Below, in pieces: positions 1 to 7,757 of a stretch of 32,786 nt of DNA. The stretch's first letter is position 1; every line of letters starts with the position of its first letter. The notes under the pieces were generated by a model. The model had not been told where the DNA came from. It saw nothing but the letters and a program-made list of their open reading frames with translations, and made no database searches. Where the stretch lies: NCBI GenBank assembly GCA_046728775.1, contig JBKPFI010000301.1, positions 1 through 32,786 on the forward strand, given 5' to 3'. This DNA comes from Actinomycetota bacterium (GTDB taxonomy: Bacteria; Actinomycetota; Thermoleophilia; Gaiellales; Gaiellaceae). The translations under genes were made by a program, and so were the position numbers.

Positions 1-75
1 GTGCGAGCGGGACGAACGTGCGCCAGTGCGCTTTGTAGAGCTCCCACGCCTCGCGGACGACGGCACCCGACTGCA
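1..75 (-). CDS. N-terminal 25 codons of a minus-strand CDS that runs off the left edge; hypothetical protein
   Basis: ATG at 75-73 opens MQSGAVVREAWELYKAHWRTFVPLA... and continues past position 1. 22 of 25 third codon positions are G/C, as in neighbouring real genes. It lies 41 nt downstream of the ABC gene stop on the same strand. No family is recognisable from 25 residues. Confidence 0.3.
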
Positions 76-116
76 TGGCGCGGGAACCTAACAGGGTCCG
101 CGGACGGATGCTTCGT

Positions 117-1919
117 TTAGGCGACCTCAGCCCAGTCGCCGTAGAGCGACGTGTAGAGGCCGCGCTTGCGCATCAGCTCGTCGTGGCTGCCTTGCTCGAT
201 GACCCGCCCGTGCTCGAGGACGACGATCAGGTCCGCGTCGCGGATGGTCGACAGGCGGTGCGCGATGACGAACGCGGTGCGGCCGGCGAGCAGCGTTCGC
301 AGCGCACGCTCGATCTTCCGCTCCGTCCCGATGTCGACCGACGAGGTCGCCTCGTCCAGGATCAGGATCCTCGGGTCGGCGAGCAGCGCGCGCGCGAGAG
401 CGACGAGCTGGCGCTGGCCGAGCGAGAGCCGGCTGCCGCGCTCCTGCAGCTCCGTTTCGTAGCCGTCCTCGAGCCTGAGGATGAAGTCGTGCGCGCCGAT
501 CGTCTCGGCGGCGCGGACGACCTCCTCGGGCTTCGCGTCGGGCCGCCCGAAGGCGATGTTCTCGGTCACCGTGCCCGCGAAGAGGAAGCCCTCCTGTGGG
601 ACGATCCCGAGCTGGCGCCGCAGCGATGCCTGCGTGACGTCGCGGAGGTCGCGGCCGTCGATTGTGATCCGGCCCTCGCGCGGGTCGTAGAAGCGCGCGA
701 GCAGCTTCGCGATCGTGGATTTGCCTGCACCGGTGTGGCCGACGAGCGCGACGGTCGTGCCGGGTGGAACGTCCAGGTCGAGGCCGTGCAGGACCTCGGG
801 GCCGTTGCCGTAACCGAAGCGAACGCCTTCGAAGGCGACGCGCCCTTCGACGCTGGGCAGGGCGTTCGCGCCGGGACGGTCGACGACCTCCGGCTCCTGG
901 TCGAGGACGTCGACGATCTTGTCGAGTGCCGCAGTGGCCGAGAGGAAGGTGCCGTAGAGCTGCGAGAGCTGCTGCACCGGGTCGAAGAAGTTCTGGACGT
1001 AGAGCAAGAAGGCGAACAGCGTTCCGAGCGTCACGTCGCCCTGGAAGTAGAGGTGGCCGCCGTACCCGAGCACGACGGCGAGCGCGACCGAGGAGAGCAG
1101 GTCGACGAACGGGAAGTAGAGGCCGTTCAGCACCACCGTCTGCATGTTCGAGTCCCGGTAGCGCTCGCTGACCTCGCGGAAGTTGCGGATGTTCGTCCGT
1201 TCGCGGGTGAAGGCTTGGACGACCCGCATCCCGGCGATGTCCTCCGCCAGCGTCGCGGTGACGAGCCCGAGCCGCTCGCGCACCGCTGCGTAGGCGCGGG
1301 CGGAGCGCGTGCGGAAGATGAACGTGGCGACGCTCATGAACGGGATCACGAGCAGCGTCGCGAGCGCGAGGCGCCAGTCGAGGATGAAGAGCAGGATCGC
1401 CGTCCCGAGAAGGGTCAACGTGTTCTGGACGAGGCTCGTGACGCCGTCCGTGACGAGCTGGTCGATCGCCTCGACGTCGTTCGTGAGGCGGCTGATGATC
1501 ACGCCCGCCCGGTTGCGCTCGTAGAAGCCGAGCGAGAGGCGCTGCAGGTGGTCGAAGAGGCGGTTCCGAAGGTCGGCCAGGATCCGCTCGCCGACCCAGC
1601 CGGTGAGGTAGGTCTGGACGTAGCTCATGGCCCAGTTGAGGAGGCCGGCGGCGAGGAACGCGCCGACGATCCACCAGAGCTTCGTCAGGTCGTTCTCGCC
1701 GATCGCGTAGTCGAGCGCGTACTTGGCGAGGAAGGGCGGCGCCAGCGCGGTGGCCGTCGCGAGCAGCATCGAGACGATCGAGAGGAGCGTCCGCGCCTTG
1801 TACGGCCGCGTGAGGCGGAAGAGCGTCCCGAGCCGGCGCCGTGTGCGCTGCCAGGACCAGTCCTCGACGCGCGCACCGCGCTCGCGCATGAGGTGCCCCC
1901 CGGGCTGCCAGACCCTCAT
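117..1919 (-). CDS. ABC transporter, fused permease/ATP-binding half-transporter (type I exporter, MdlB/MsbA-like)
   Basis: 600-aa ORF with an N-terminal multi-helix TMD followed by an NBD. Motifs: Walker A GHTGAGKST, ABC signature LSLGQRQ, Walker B ILILDEATS, H-loop IAHRLST. ATG 1919 is taken as the start; ATG 1889 is an alternative. Confidence 0.9.
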   Translation of the reverse strand: MRVWQPGGHLMRERGARVEDWSWQRTRRRLGTLFRLTRPYKARTLLSIVSMLLATATALAPPFLAKYALDYAIGENDLTKLWWIVGAFLAAGLLNWAMSYVQTYLTGWVGERILADLRNRLFDHLQRLSLGFYERNRAGVIISRLTNDVEAIDQLVTDGVTSLVQNTLTLLGTAILLFILDWRLALATLLVIPFMSVATFIFRTRSARAYAAVRERLGLVTATLAEDIAGMRVVQAFTRERTNIRNFREVSERYRDSNMQTVVLNGLYFPFVDLLSSVALAVVLGYGGHLYFQGDVTLGTLFAFLLYVQNFFDPVQQLSQLYGTFLSATAALDKIVDVLDQEPEVVDRPGANALPSVEGRVAFEGVRFGYGNGPEVLHGLDLDVPPGTTVALVGHTGAGKSTIAKLLARFYDPREGRITIDGRDLRDVTQASLRRQLGIVPQEGFLFAGTVTENIAFGRPDAKPEEVVRAAETIGAHDFILRLEDGYETELQERGSRLSLGQRQLVALARALLADPRILILDEATSSVDIGTERKIERALRTLLAGRTAFVIAHRLSTIRDADLIVVLEHGRVIEQGSHDELMRKRGLYTSLYGDWAEVA

Positions 1920-2009
1920 GCCCGCCCGACCCCCAAAGCCGAGGCGCCCGAAAACCGCACACCCCCACCCACGTCGAGGGTGGGGATGGACCCGCCGCCC
2001 TCGGCGGTG

Positions 2010-2039
2010 ACGATACCGCTCGAAGGCGCGCGTGTCTGT
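2010..2039 (-). promoter_or_regulatory. Candidate sigma-A-type promoter for the downstream ABC gene
   Basis: Minus strand reads CAGACA (2038-2033), 17 nt, TATCGT (2015-2010). The 13-mer ACAGACACGCGCG (2039-2027) is identical to the one at 6105-6117 and differs by 1 nt from the one at 11644-11656, with the same spacing to a TANNNT hexamer. Confidence 0.4.
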
Positions 2040-2118
2040 GACTCGCCTGGGCCGAAGACGGGACGATTTGTCCCCAAGCCCGCGGTGCGGGCGGTCGTCT
2101 CGACGCGGCGGACCCGCG

Positions 2119-3921
2119 TCACGACGCCGCCTCCAGGGCTTCCTCCTCAGCGCGCGCCTCGACCGCGTCGGCGAACCGCCGCTCGAGCAGGCCGTGCTCG
2201 TAGATGTCGCGGTAGACGGGGCTCGTCTCCAGCAGCTCCTCGTGCGTCCCGCGCGCCGCGATGCGGCCCTGGTCGAGTACGACGATCTCGTCCGCGAGCG
2301 CGATGGTCGAGAGGCGGTGCGCGATGATCAGTGTCGTCCGCGCCTGCATCGCGGCCCGCAACCCGACACGGATTCGCGCCTCCGTGGTCGCGTCGACCGA
2401 GGCCGTCGCGTCGTCCAGGATCAGGATCCGGGGGTCGACAGCGAGCGCCCGCGCGATCGCGAGCCGCTGGCGCTGCCCGCCGGAGAGCGTGATCCCGCGC
2501 TCGCCGATCACCGTGTCGTAGCCGTCGGGCAGCTCCGCCACGAAGTCGTGCGCCTGGGCGATTCGCGCGATTCGCTCCACCTCGGCATCGTCGAGTTCGG
2601 GCGCGCCGAACGTGATGTTATCGCGCACCGTCGCCGAGAAGAGGAAGGGATCCTGCGAGATCACGCCGACCGCGCCCCTCAGCGAGGCGAGCGTGACGTC
2701 CCGCACGTCGGCGCCGTCGACCGTGACCCGCCCCGAGGTCACGTCGTAGAACCTCGGCACGAGTGACGTCAGCGTCGTCTTGCCGGAGCCGGTCTGGCCG
2801 ATCAGCGCGATCGTGCGGCCCGCCGGCACGTCGAGGCTGACGCCGTCGAGCACGGGTCGCCCCTCGAGGTACTCGAAGCGGACGTCCTCGAATCGCAGGT
2901 CGCCGCCTCCGGGTGGCAGCTCGACCGCGCCCGGCAGCTCGTCGATCTCCTCGGGCTCGTCCATGACCTGGAAGATCCGCTCACCCGACGCCGTCGCGCG
3001 CTGGGCCTGCCCGATCCACATCCCGAGCGAGCGCAGGGGCATCACGAGCATGCCGAGGTAGAGGTTGAAGGCGACGAAGCTCCCGACCGAGAGCTCGCCG
3101 CTCGAGACCATCCGCGCGCCGACGAGCAGCACCGCGCCCTGTGCGAGCAACGGCACCCACGAGATGAACGGCACGTACAGCGCTCGCTGCCGGTTCGCCT
3201 GCAGCGTCTGCTGGAACACGGCCTCGGAGCGGGCGTGGAACTTGGCCGACTCCTGCGGCTCCTGCGCGAACGACTTGACGACGTGGACGCCGACGATGTT
3301 CTCCTCGGCGACCGTCGCCACGTCCGCGAGCTTCTGCTGCACCTCGCGCAGGGTCGGGTGCGCGACGCGGCTGTACCGGTACGCGAGCGCGACCAGCACA
3401 GGCGTGATCGCCAGCGCGATCAGCGCGAGCTTCCACTGGAAGACGAGCAGCACGATGGTCACGAAGACCACCGTCAGGACGTTCTGGAAGAAGAAGATCA
3501 GGCCGTACCCGAGGAAGAAGCGCACGCCCTGGAGGTCGACGGTCGCGCGCGACATCAGCTGGCCCGTCTGGTGGCGGTCGTAGAAGCCGAAGGAGAGCCG
3601 CACCAGGTGCCCGTACAGGCGTTGCCGCATGTCCATCTCGACGGAGAGCGCCTGCCGCCCCGAGATCAGGCGCCGCGCGGCCATCAGGATCGCGCGCGCC
3701 AGACCGAGCGCGACGACGGCGCCGACGAAGAGCCACAGCTTCTCGCGATCGTGCGGGCCCAGCGCGCCGTCGATGACGTGCTTCGTGATCCAGATAAGCG
3801 CGATCTGGGCGATCTGCGACCCGACCGCGAGCACGATCGAAACGATCAGGGAAAGCTTGTAGGGGCGTAGGAAGCCGAGAAGACGCGCGAACGTATCCCG
3901 ATATCGAGGCGTCTCCTGCAC
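2119..3921 (-). CDS. ABC transporter, fused permease/ATP-binding half-transporter; probable heterodimer partner of 117..1919
   Basis: 600-aa ORF with GTG start at 3921. Motifs: Walker A GQTGSGKTT, signature LSGGQRQR, Walker B ILILDDATS, H-loop IAHRLST. N-terminal exporter-type TMD. Confidence 0.9.
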   Translation of the reverse strand: MQETPRYRDTFARLLGFLRPYKLSLIVSIVLAVGSQIAQIALIWITKHVIDGALGPHDREKLWLFVGAVVALGLARAILMAARRLISGRQALSVEMDMRQRLYGHLVRLSFGFYDRHQTGQLMSRATVDLQGVRFFLGYGLIFFFQNVLTVVFVTIVLLVFQWKLALIALAITPVLVALAYRYSRVAHPTLREVQQKLADVATVAEENIVGVHVVKSFAQEPQESAKFHARSEAVFQQTLQANRQRALYVPFISWVPLLAQGAVLLVGARMVSSGELSVGSFVAFNLYLGMLVMPLRSLGMWIGQAQRATASGERIFQVMDEPEEIDELPGAVELPPGGGDLRFEDVRFEYLEGRPVLDGVSLDVPAGRTIALIGQTGSGKTTLTSLVPRFYDVTSGRVTVDGADVRDVTLASLRGAVGVISQDPFLFSATVRDNITFGAPELDDAEVERIARIAQAHDFVAELPDGYDTVIGERGITLSGGQRQRLAIARALAVDPRILILDDATASVDATTEARIRVGLRAAMQARTTLIIAHRLSTIALADEIVVLDQGRIAARGTHEELLETSPVYRDIYEHGLLERRFADAVEARAEEEALEAAS

Positions 3922-3930
3922 CCTCGAAAT

Positions 3931-4554
3931 CTAGCGTCGGGCGGTTTCGCCGCCGATGCGAGCCAGCTCGCGGCGGATCAGCTCCGCGGCTTCGGCGACC
4001 CGCTCACGGTTCGCGGGGTCGTTGAGCCAGCCGCTCGCGCCCGAGGGGTGAGGGAGCGGGATCGCGGCGGCGCCGTCGTGCTCGAAGCGCGCGCCGACGC
4101 ACTCGGTGACGCTCTTCAGGCCGAGCAGTCGCCGCGCGGCGAGGCCGCCGACAGGGACGATCAGGCGCGGCCGGATGAGCCGCAGCTCGTGCTCGCGCCA
4201 GAACGCACACAACTGCTGTTCGCGTGGCGTCGGCGAGCGGTCGCCGCGACCGCTCGCGGCCTTGCCTGGGTAGCAGCGCGTGACCGAGGCGCAGTAGAAG
4301 GTCGCGTAGAACTCGTCCTCATCGAGACCGAGCCAGCGCCGCAGAGTGCGGCCGGCCCGGCCGCGCCACGGGCGGCGCTCCGTGCCCTCGACCGCACCGG
4401 GCGCCTGGCCGAAGATGTACGCGCGCTGCCCTGCGTACGGCTGCACGACCGGCAGCGACTCGAGGGGGTAGCCGGCCTCGACGCAGGCGCGGCAGACGCG
4501 GTTGTCGCGCTGCAGCGAGGGGATGGACCGATAGCTCGACCGCCGTCGCGTCAA
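3931..4554 (-). CDS. Uracil-DNA glycosylase superfamily protein (family 4/5-like, Fe-S type)
   Basis: These are the C-terminal 207 codons of ORF 3931..5097. They contain GQAPG (motif A-like), HPSGAS (motif B) and four Cys (CRAC ... YCASVTRC), typical of Fe-S UDGs. The upstream part of the ORF overlaps the methyltransferase gene in another frame and is Arg/Ala-rich. TTG 4554-4552 overlaps the methyltransferase stop (TTGA) and is the only start codon upstream of the CxxC. Confidence 0.72.
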   Translation of the reverse strand: MTRRRSSYRSIPSLQRDNRVCRACVEAGYPLESLPVVQPYAGQRAYIFGQAPGAVEGTERRPWRGRAGRTLRRWLGLDEDEFYATFYCASVTRCYPGKAASGRGDRSPTPREQQLCAFWREHELRLIRPRLIVPVGGLAARRLLGLKSVTECVGARFEHDGAAAIPLPHPSGASGWLNDPANRERVAEAAELIRRELARIGGETARR

Positions 4555-5138
4555 GAGCGAACGGCGACGAACCAGCGTCCCGCGAAGAGCGTCTCGCCGC
4601 CGCGGAGCTCGGCGGCGAGGCTGGCGGGGGTGAAGTAGCGCTTGTAGACGTCCCAGCGGGAGCCGTCGTTGAGGATCCGCTCCTGTCGCTCCTCGGGGTC
4701 GACGTCCTCCCGCTGCGCGGAATCCACGATGACGAGCTCCGTGGCGACGCGCCGCGCCTCGCGCAGGAAGCGCTCGCGCTCCGCGCGGCGGAGGTGGCCG
4801 TAGAAGTGCCCAGTGAAGGCCCGCTCGAACGAGGCGTCGTCGAACGGGAGCTCGAGCGCGTCTCCCTGCACGTACCTCGCCCGCGGAGCCTGGCGGCGGG
4901 CCTCCGCCAGCATCGCCTCGCTCTGGTCGAGCCCGACCACCTCGCCGGGCAGATAGCGGGTGAGAAAGCCGGTGCCGCAGGCGACGTCGAGGGTGCGTGC
5001 GGGCGGGAGCGACGCCAGCGCGGCCGCGAGCGCCGCGAGCTCGCCGTCCCAGCCGGGGCGGTCGCGCTTCGCGAAGCGGCCCGCGCCCCGATACCACTCG
5101 TCGTACTCAGGCGCGCGCCGCTCGTAGTAGGCCTTCAC
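4551..5138 (-). CDS. Class I SAM-dependent methyltransferase
   Basis: 195 aa with GTG start at 5138. Motif I is LDVACGTG, followed by an acidic post-I/II pattern (VVGLDQSEAML ... DALELPFDDASFE). Confidence 0.85.
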   Translation of the reverse strand: MKAYYERRAPEYDEWYRGAGRFAKRDRPGWDGELAALAAALASLPPARTLDVACGTGFLTRYLPGEVVGLDQSEAMLAEARRQAPRARYVQGDALELPFDDASFERAFTGHFYGHLRRAERERFLREARRVATELVIVDSAQREDVDPEERQERILNDGSRWDVYKRYFTPASLAAELRGGETLFAGRWFVAVRS

Positions 5139-5158
5139 CCTCCTAGACTACGCACGTT
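5139..5158. promoter_or_regulatory. 20-bp divergent intergenic region with overlapping back-to-back -10-like hexamers (both genes possibly leaderless)
   Basis: Plus strand has TAGACT at 5144-5149, 9 nt before GTG 5159. Minus strand has TAGTCT (5150-5145), 6 nt (AGGAGG) before GTG 5138. There is no room for conventional 5' UTRs. Confidence 0.3.
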
Positions 5159-6037
5159 GTGCGCCCGCTTGAGTCCGTGCCCAACTTCTCCGAGGGGCGC
5201 GATCAGGCGACAATCGACGCACTTTCTGCGGCCCTCGGCTCACACGCGAGGCTGCTCGACGTCCACTCCGACGGCGACCACAACCGCTCTGTCTTCACCC
5301 TCGTCGGCTCCGGCGAGCAGCTCGTCGAGGGGTTGTTCGCCGGGGTGGCTTGCGCGAGCCAGGAAATCGATCTTCGCTACCAAGTCGGAGCGCACCCGCG
5401 GATCGGCGCCGCGGACGTCGTACCGCTTGTGCCGCTGGCGCCGGAGGACGCCGGGCGCGCGGGCAAGGCGGCGCTGCAGCTGGCGCAGCGCGTCGGCGAG
5501 GAGCTCGAGCTGCCGGTGTTCCTCTACGGCGAGCTCGGGCGCGGCCACGGCCCGGCGTACTTCCGCTCGGGAGGGACGGTCGAGCTGCAGCGACGACTCG
5601 ACAGAGGCCAGGTTGTCCCGGACTTCGGCCCGGCGCGGTTGTCGGAGTCGGCGGGGGCGGTGCTCGTCGGCGTGCGGCGGCCGTTGATCGCGTTTAACGT
5701 GAACCTCAGCGGCTCGCTGGAGGCGGCGCGGGAGGTCGCGGCCGTCGTCCGCGAGGCCGGCGGCGGGTTCCCGGGTGTGCGGGCGCTCGGGCTCGAGCTG
5801 CCGAGCGCGGGGCTCGTCCAGGTGAGCATGAACGTCGAGGACTGGGAGGCGGCCGCGCTGCACGAGATCGTCGCACGGGTCGAGCGGGAGGCGACGTCGC
5901 GCGGGGCCGAGATCGTGGGGTCGGAGCTCGTCGGGCTGATGCCCGCCGGGGCAGCCGCGATTGCGGCCGGCGCGGCGCTGCGGATCGACGGCTTCGACGC
6001 GTCCCGCGTGCTCGAGCTCCGGCTTCTCGACGAGTGA
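5159..6037 (+). CDS. ftcD: Glutamate formimidoyltransferase (formiminotransferase domains only, no cyclodeaminase domain)
   Basis: 292 aa with GTG start. The N-terminal VPNFSEGR is the hallmark of FtcD-type formiminotransferases. The gene is adjacent to hutH/hutU/hutI. Confidence 0.85.
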   Translation: MRPLESVPNFSEGRDQATIDALSAALGSHARLLDVHSDGDHNRSVFTLVGSGEQLVEGLFAGVACASQEIDLRYQVGAHPRIGAADVVPLVPLAPEDAGRAGKAALQLAQRVGEELELPVFLYGELGRGHGPAYFRSGGTVELQRRLDRGQVVPDFGPARLSESAGAVLVGVRRPLIAFNVNLSGSLEAAREVAAVVREAGGGFPGVRALGLELPSAGLVQVSMNVEDWEAAALHEIVARVEREATSRGAEIVGSELVGLMPAGAAAIAAGAALRIDGFDASRVLELRLLDE

Positions 6038-6051
6038 CGGCGGCCGCGGCT

Positions 6052-6081
6052 CGCCGGCCGGCGGGCTGGGCCGGCGCGTTT
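6052..6081 (+). terminator. Candidate intrinsic terminator after ftcD
   Basis: GC stem CGCCGGCC (6052-6059) pairs with GGCCGGCG (6069-6076) around a 9-nt loop, followed by CGTTT. It starts about 15 nt after the ftcD stop. Confidence 0.45.
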
Positions 6082-6104
6082 CACGGTTCCGTCACGGACC
6101 CGCG

Positions 6105-6176
6105 ACAGACACGCGCGAATTTCCCGGATACGATCGCCTTGGGGAGGAGGCCGGGCGAACCGAACTAAGGGGCGGC
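6105..6176 (+). promoter_or_regulatory. Candidate promoter plus conserved 5'-leader block of the hutH operon (copy A)
   Basis: CAGACA (6106-6111), 17 nt, TACGAT (6129-6134), then 6 nt, then GGGGAGGAGGCCGGGCG (6141-6157). Hand alignment to 11644-11716 gives 53 identities in 72 columns. Confidence 0.45.
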
Positions 6177-6218
6177 CGCGCCGAAGAACGCCTGCAGGTC
6201 GAGGGATACACTCGCGGC

Positions 6219-7757
6219 GTGATCGAGAGCAAGGCGCTGACGGGCGACGATCTCGAGCTTGCGGACGTCTGGGCGGTCGCGGTCCGGGGCGAGCCCGTCG
6301 CCCTCGCGGACTCGGCACGCGAGCGCATGACCGCGGCGCGGGAGATCGTCGAACGCGCCGCGCACGGCGTCCAGGAGCACACCTATGGCGTCAACACCGG
6401 CTTCGGCCGCTTCGTCTCGCGTGCGATTCCCGAGGAACTGACCGAGGAGCTCCAGCTCCGGCTGCTCCGAAGCCACGCCTGCGGCGTCGGCGAGCCCTAC
6501 CCCGACGAGATCGTCCGCGCTGCGATGCTGTTGCGAGCCAACGCGCTCGCGAAGGGGTACTCGGGCGCGCGCATCATCACCGTCGAGCTGCTCGTCGACT
6601 GCCTCAACCGCGGTCTCCTGCCGCACGTTCCGAGCCGGGGCTCCGTCGGAGCGAGTGGCGACCTCGCGCCCCTGGCGCACCTCGCGCTCCCGCTGATCGG
6701 CGAAGGCGAGGCGTGGTTCGAGGGGCAGCGCCTGCCCGGCCGAGAGGCGCTCGCCGCGGCGGGCCTCGAGCCCGTGCGGCTGCAGGCCAAGGAGGGGCTC
6801 TCGCTCGTCAACGGCACCCAGTTCATGGCAGCCTTCGGCGCGCTCGGAGCGGTACGCGCGCAGCGCTCGGCGAAGACCGCCGACGTCGCGTGCGCGCTCT
6901 CGCTCGAGGCGCTGCAAGGGTCGCGCACGAGCTTCCTGCCGCAGGTGCACGCCTTGCGGCCACTGAAGGGACAGGCAGCCTCCGCTGCCAACGTCCTTCA
7001 GCTGCTCGAGGACTCCGCGATCAACGAGGCGCACCGGTGGTGCGACAAGGTGCAGGACGCCTACTCGCTCCGTTGCGCCCCGCAGGTTCACGGCGCCTCC
7101 CGAGACCTGCTCGCATACGCCGCCGAGACGGTCGAGGCCGAGCTCAACGCCGCCACCGACAACCCGCTCGTCCTTGTCGAGGACGAAATGCTCGTCTCGA
7201 ACGGGAACTTCCACGGCCAACCGCTCGCCTTCGCGCTCGACGCGCTGGCGATGGCGGTTGCCGAGCTCGCGAACATCTCGGAGCGCCGCATCGAGCGGCT
7301 CGTCAACCCGAGCCTGTCCGGCGGCCTGCCGGCGTTCCTCACTGGCGACGGCGGGCTCAACTCCGGCTTCATGATCCCGCAGTACGTCGCCGCCTCGCTC
7401 GTGAGCGAGAACAAGGTGCTCGCGCACCCGGCCGGCGTCGACTCGATCCCGACCAGCGCCGGCCAGGAGGATCACGTGTCGATGGGCAACGCGTCCGGGC
7501 TGAAGGCCTGGCAGGTGCTCGCCAACACGGAGCGCGTGCTCGCCATCGAGCTGCTCGCTGGGGCCCAGGGCGTCGAGTTCCTCGCGCCGCTACAGCCCGG
7601 ACGGGGGGTGCGGGCTGCACGCGAGTTCGTGCGCTCGCTCTCGCCGCGCCTGCGTGACGACCGGCCGCTGGCCGGCGACATCGAGAGCGTGGCCGCTGCG
7701 ATCCGGGACGGGTCGCTCGTCGAGGCAGTCGAGTCGGAGGCGGGCGAGCTCAGGTGA
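6219..7757 (+). CDS. hutH: Histidine ammonia-lyase
   Basis: 512 aa from GTG 6219, in frame within ORF 5961..7757. The upstream 86 codons overlap the ftcD end and are Arg/Gly-rich. MIO-forming GASGDLAPLAHLAL and TYGVNTGFG are present. GAGGGA lies 12 nt upstream. Confidence 0.9.
   Translation: MIESKALTGDDLELADVWAVAVRGEPVALADSARERMTAAREIVERAAHGVQEHTYGVNTGFGRFVSRAIPEELTEELQLRLLRSHACGVGEPYPDEIVRAAMLLRANALAKGYSGARIITVELLVDCLNRGLLPHVPSRGSVGASGDLAPLAHLALPLIGEGEAWFEGQRLPGREALAAAGLEPVRLQAKEGLSLVNGTQFMAAFGALGAVRAQRSAKTADVACALSLEALQGSRTSFLPQVHALRPLKGQAASAANVLQLLEDSAINEAHRWCDKVQDAYSLRCAPQVHGASRDLLAYAAETVEAELNAATDNPLVLVEDEMLVSNGNFHGQPLAFALDALAMAVAELANISERRIERLVNPSLSGGLPAFLTGDGGLNSGFMIPQYVAASLVSENKVLAHPAGVDSIPTSAGQEDHVSMGNASGLKAWQVLANTERVLAIELLAGAQGVEFLAPLQPGRGVRAAREFVRSLSPRLRDDRPLAGDIESVAAAIRDGSLVEAVESEAGELR

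Noticed and set aside
75-2327. Very long ORFs antisense to, or out of frame with, recognisable genes. Examples: 75..2327 (+) 750 aa; 127..1968 (-); 13566..17042 (-) 1158 aa; 28672..30423 (-); 22259..24454 (+); 11612..12637 (-); 31566..32702 (-).
   Set aside because: They are Arg/Ala/Pro/Gly-rich with no motifs. Each overlaps a gene on the other strand or frame that has unambiguous family signatures. Stop-free alternative frames are expected in DNA this GC-rich.
3931-5097. ORF-track starts that extend real genes far upstream. Affected genes: UDG (5097), hutH (5961), hutU (7927), MBL hydrolase (11174), mnmA (18620), sigma factor (19968), alaS (21501), ruvX (24280), aroE (24770), PAP2 protein (28321) and aroKB (27868).
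   Set aside because: The extensions overlap neighbouring genes and are compositionally junk-like. Family-typical N-termini with start codons that overlap or abut the upstream stop lie further in, so I re-called the coordinates.
6139-6168. Reading the conserved 17-mer as a mini-ORF. Copy A gives TTG GGG AGG AGG CCG GGC GAA CCG AAC TAA (MGRRPGEPN). Copy B has GTG 11678 in the same column.
   Set aside because: The -10-like hexamer ends only 4 nt before the putative start, which is too close for a leaderless TSS. A 1-nt indel breaks frame conservation after 7 codons. In copy B the third-position composition is non-coding-like.
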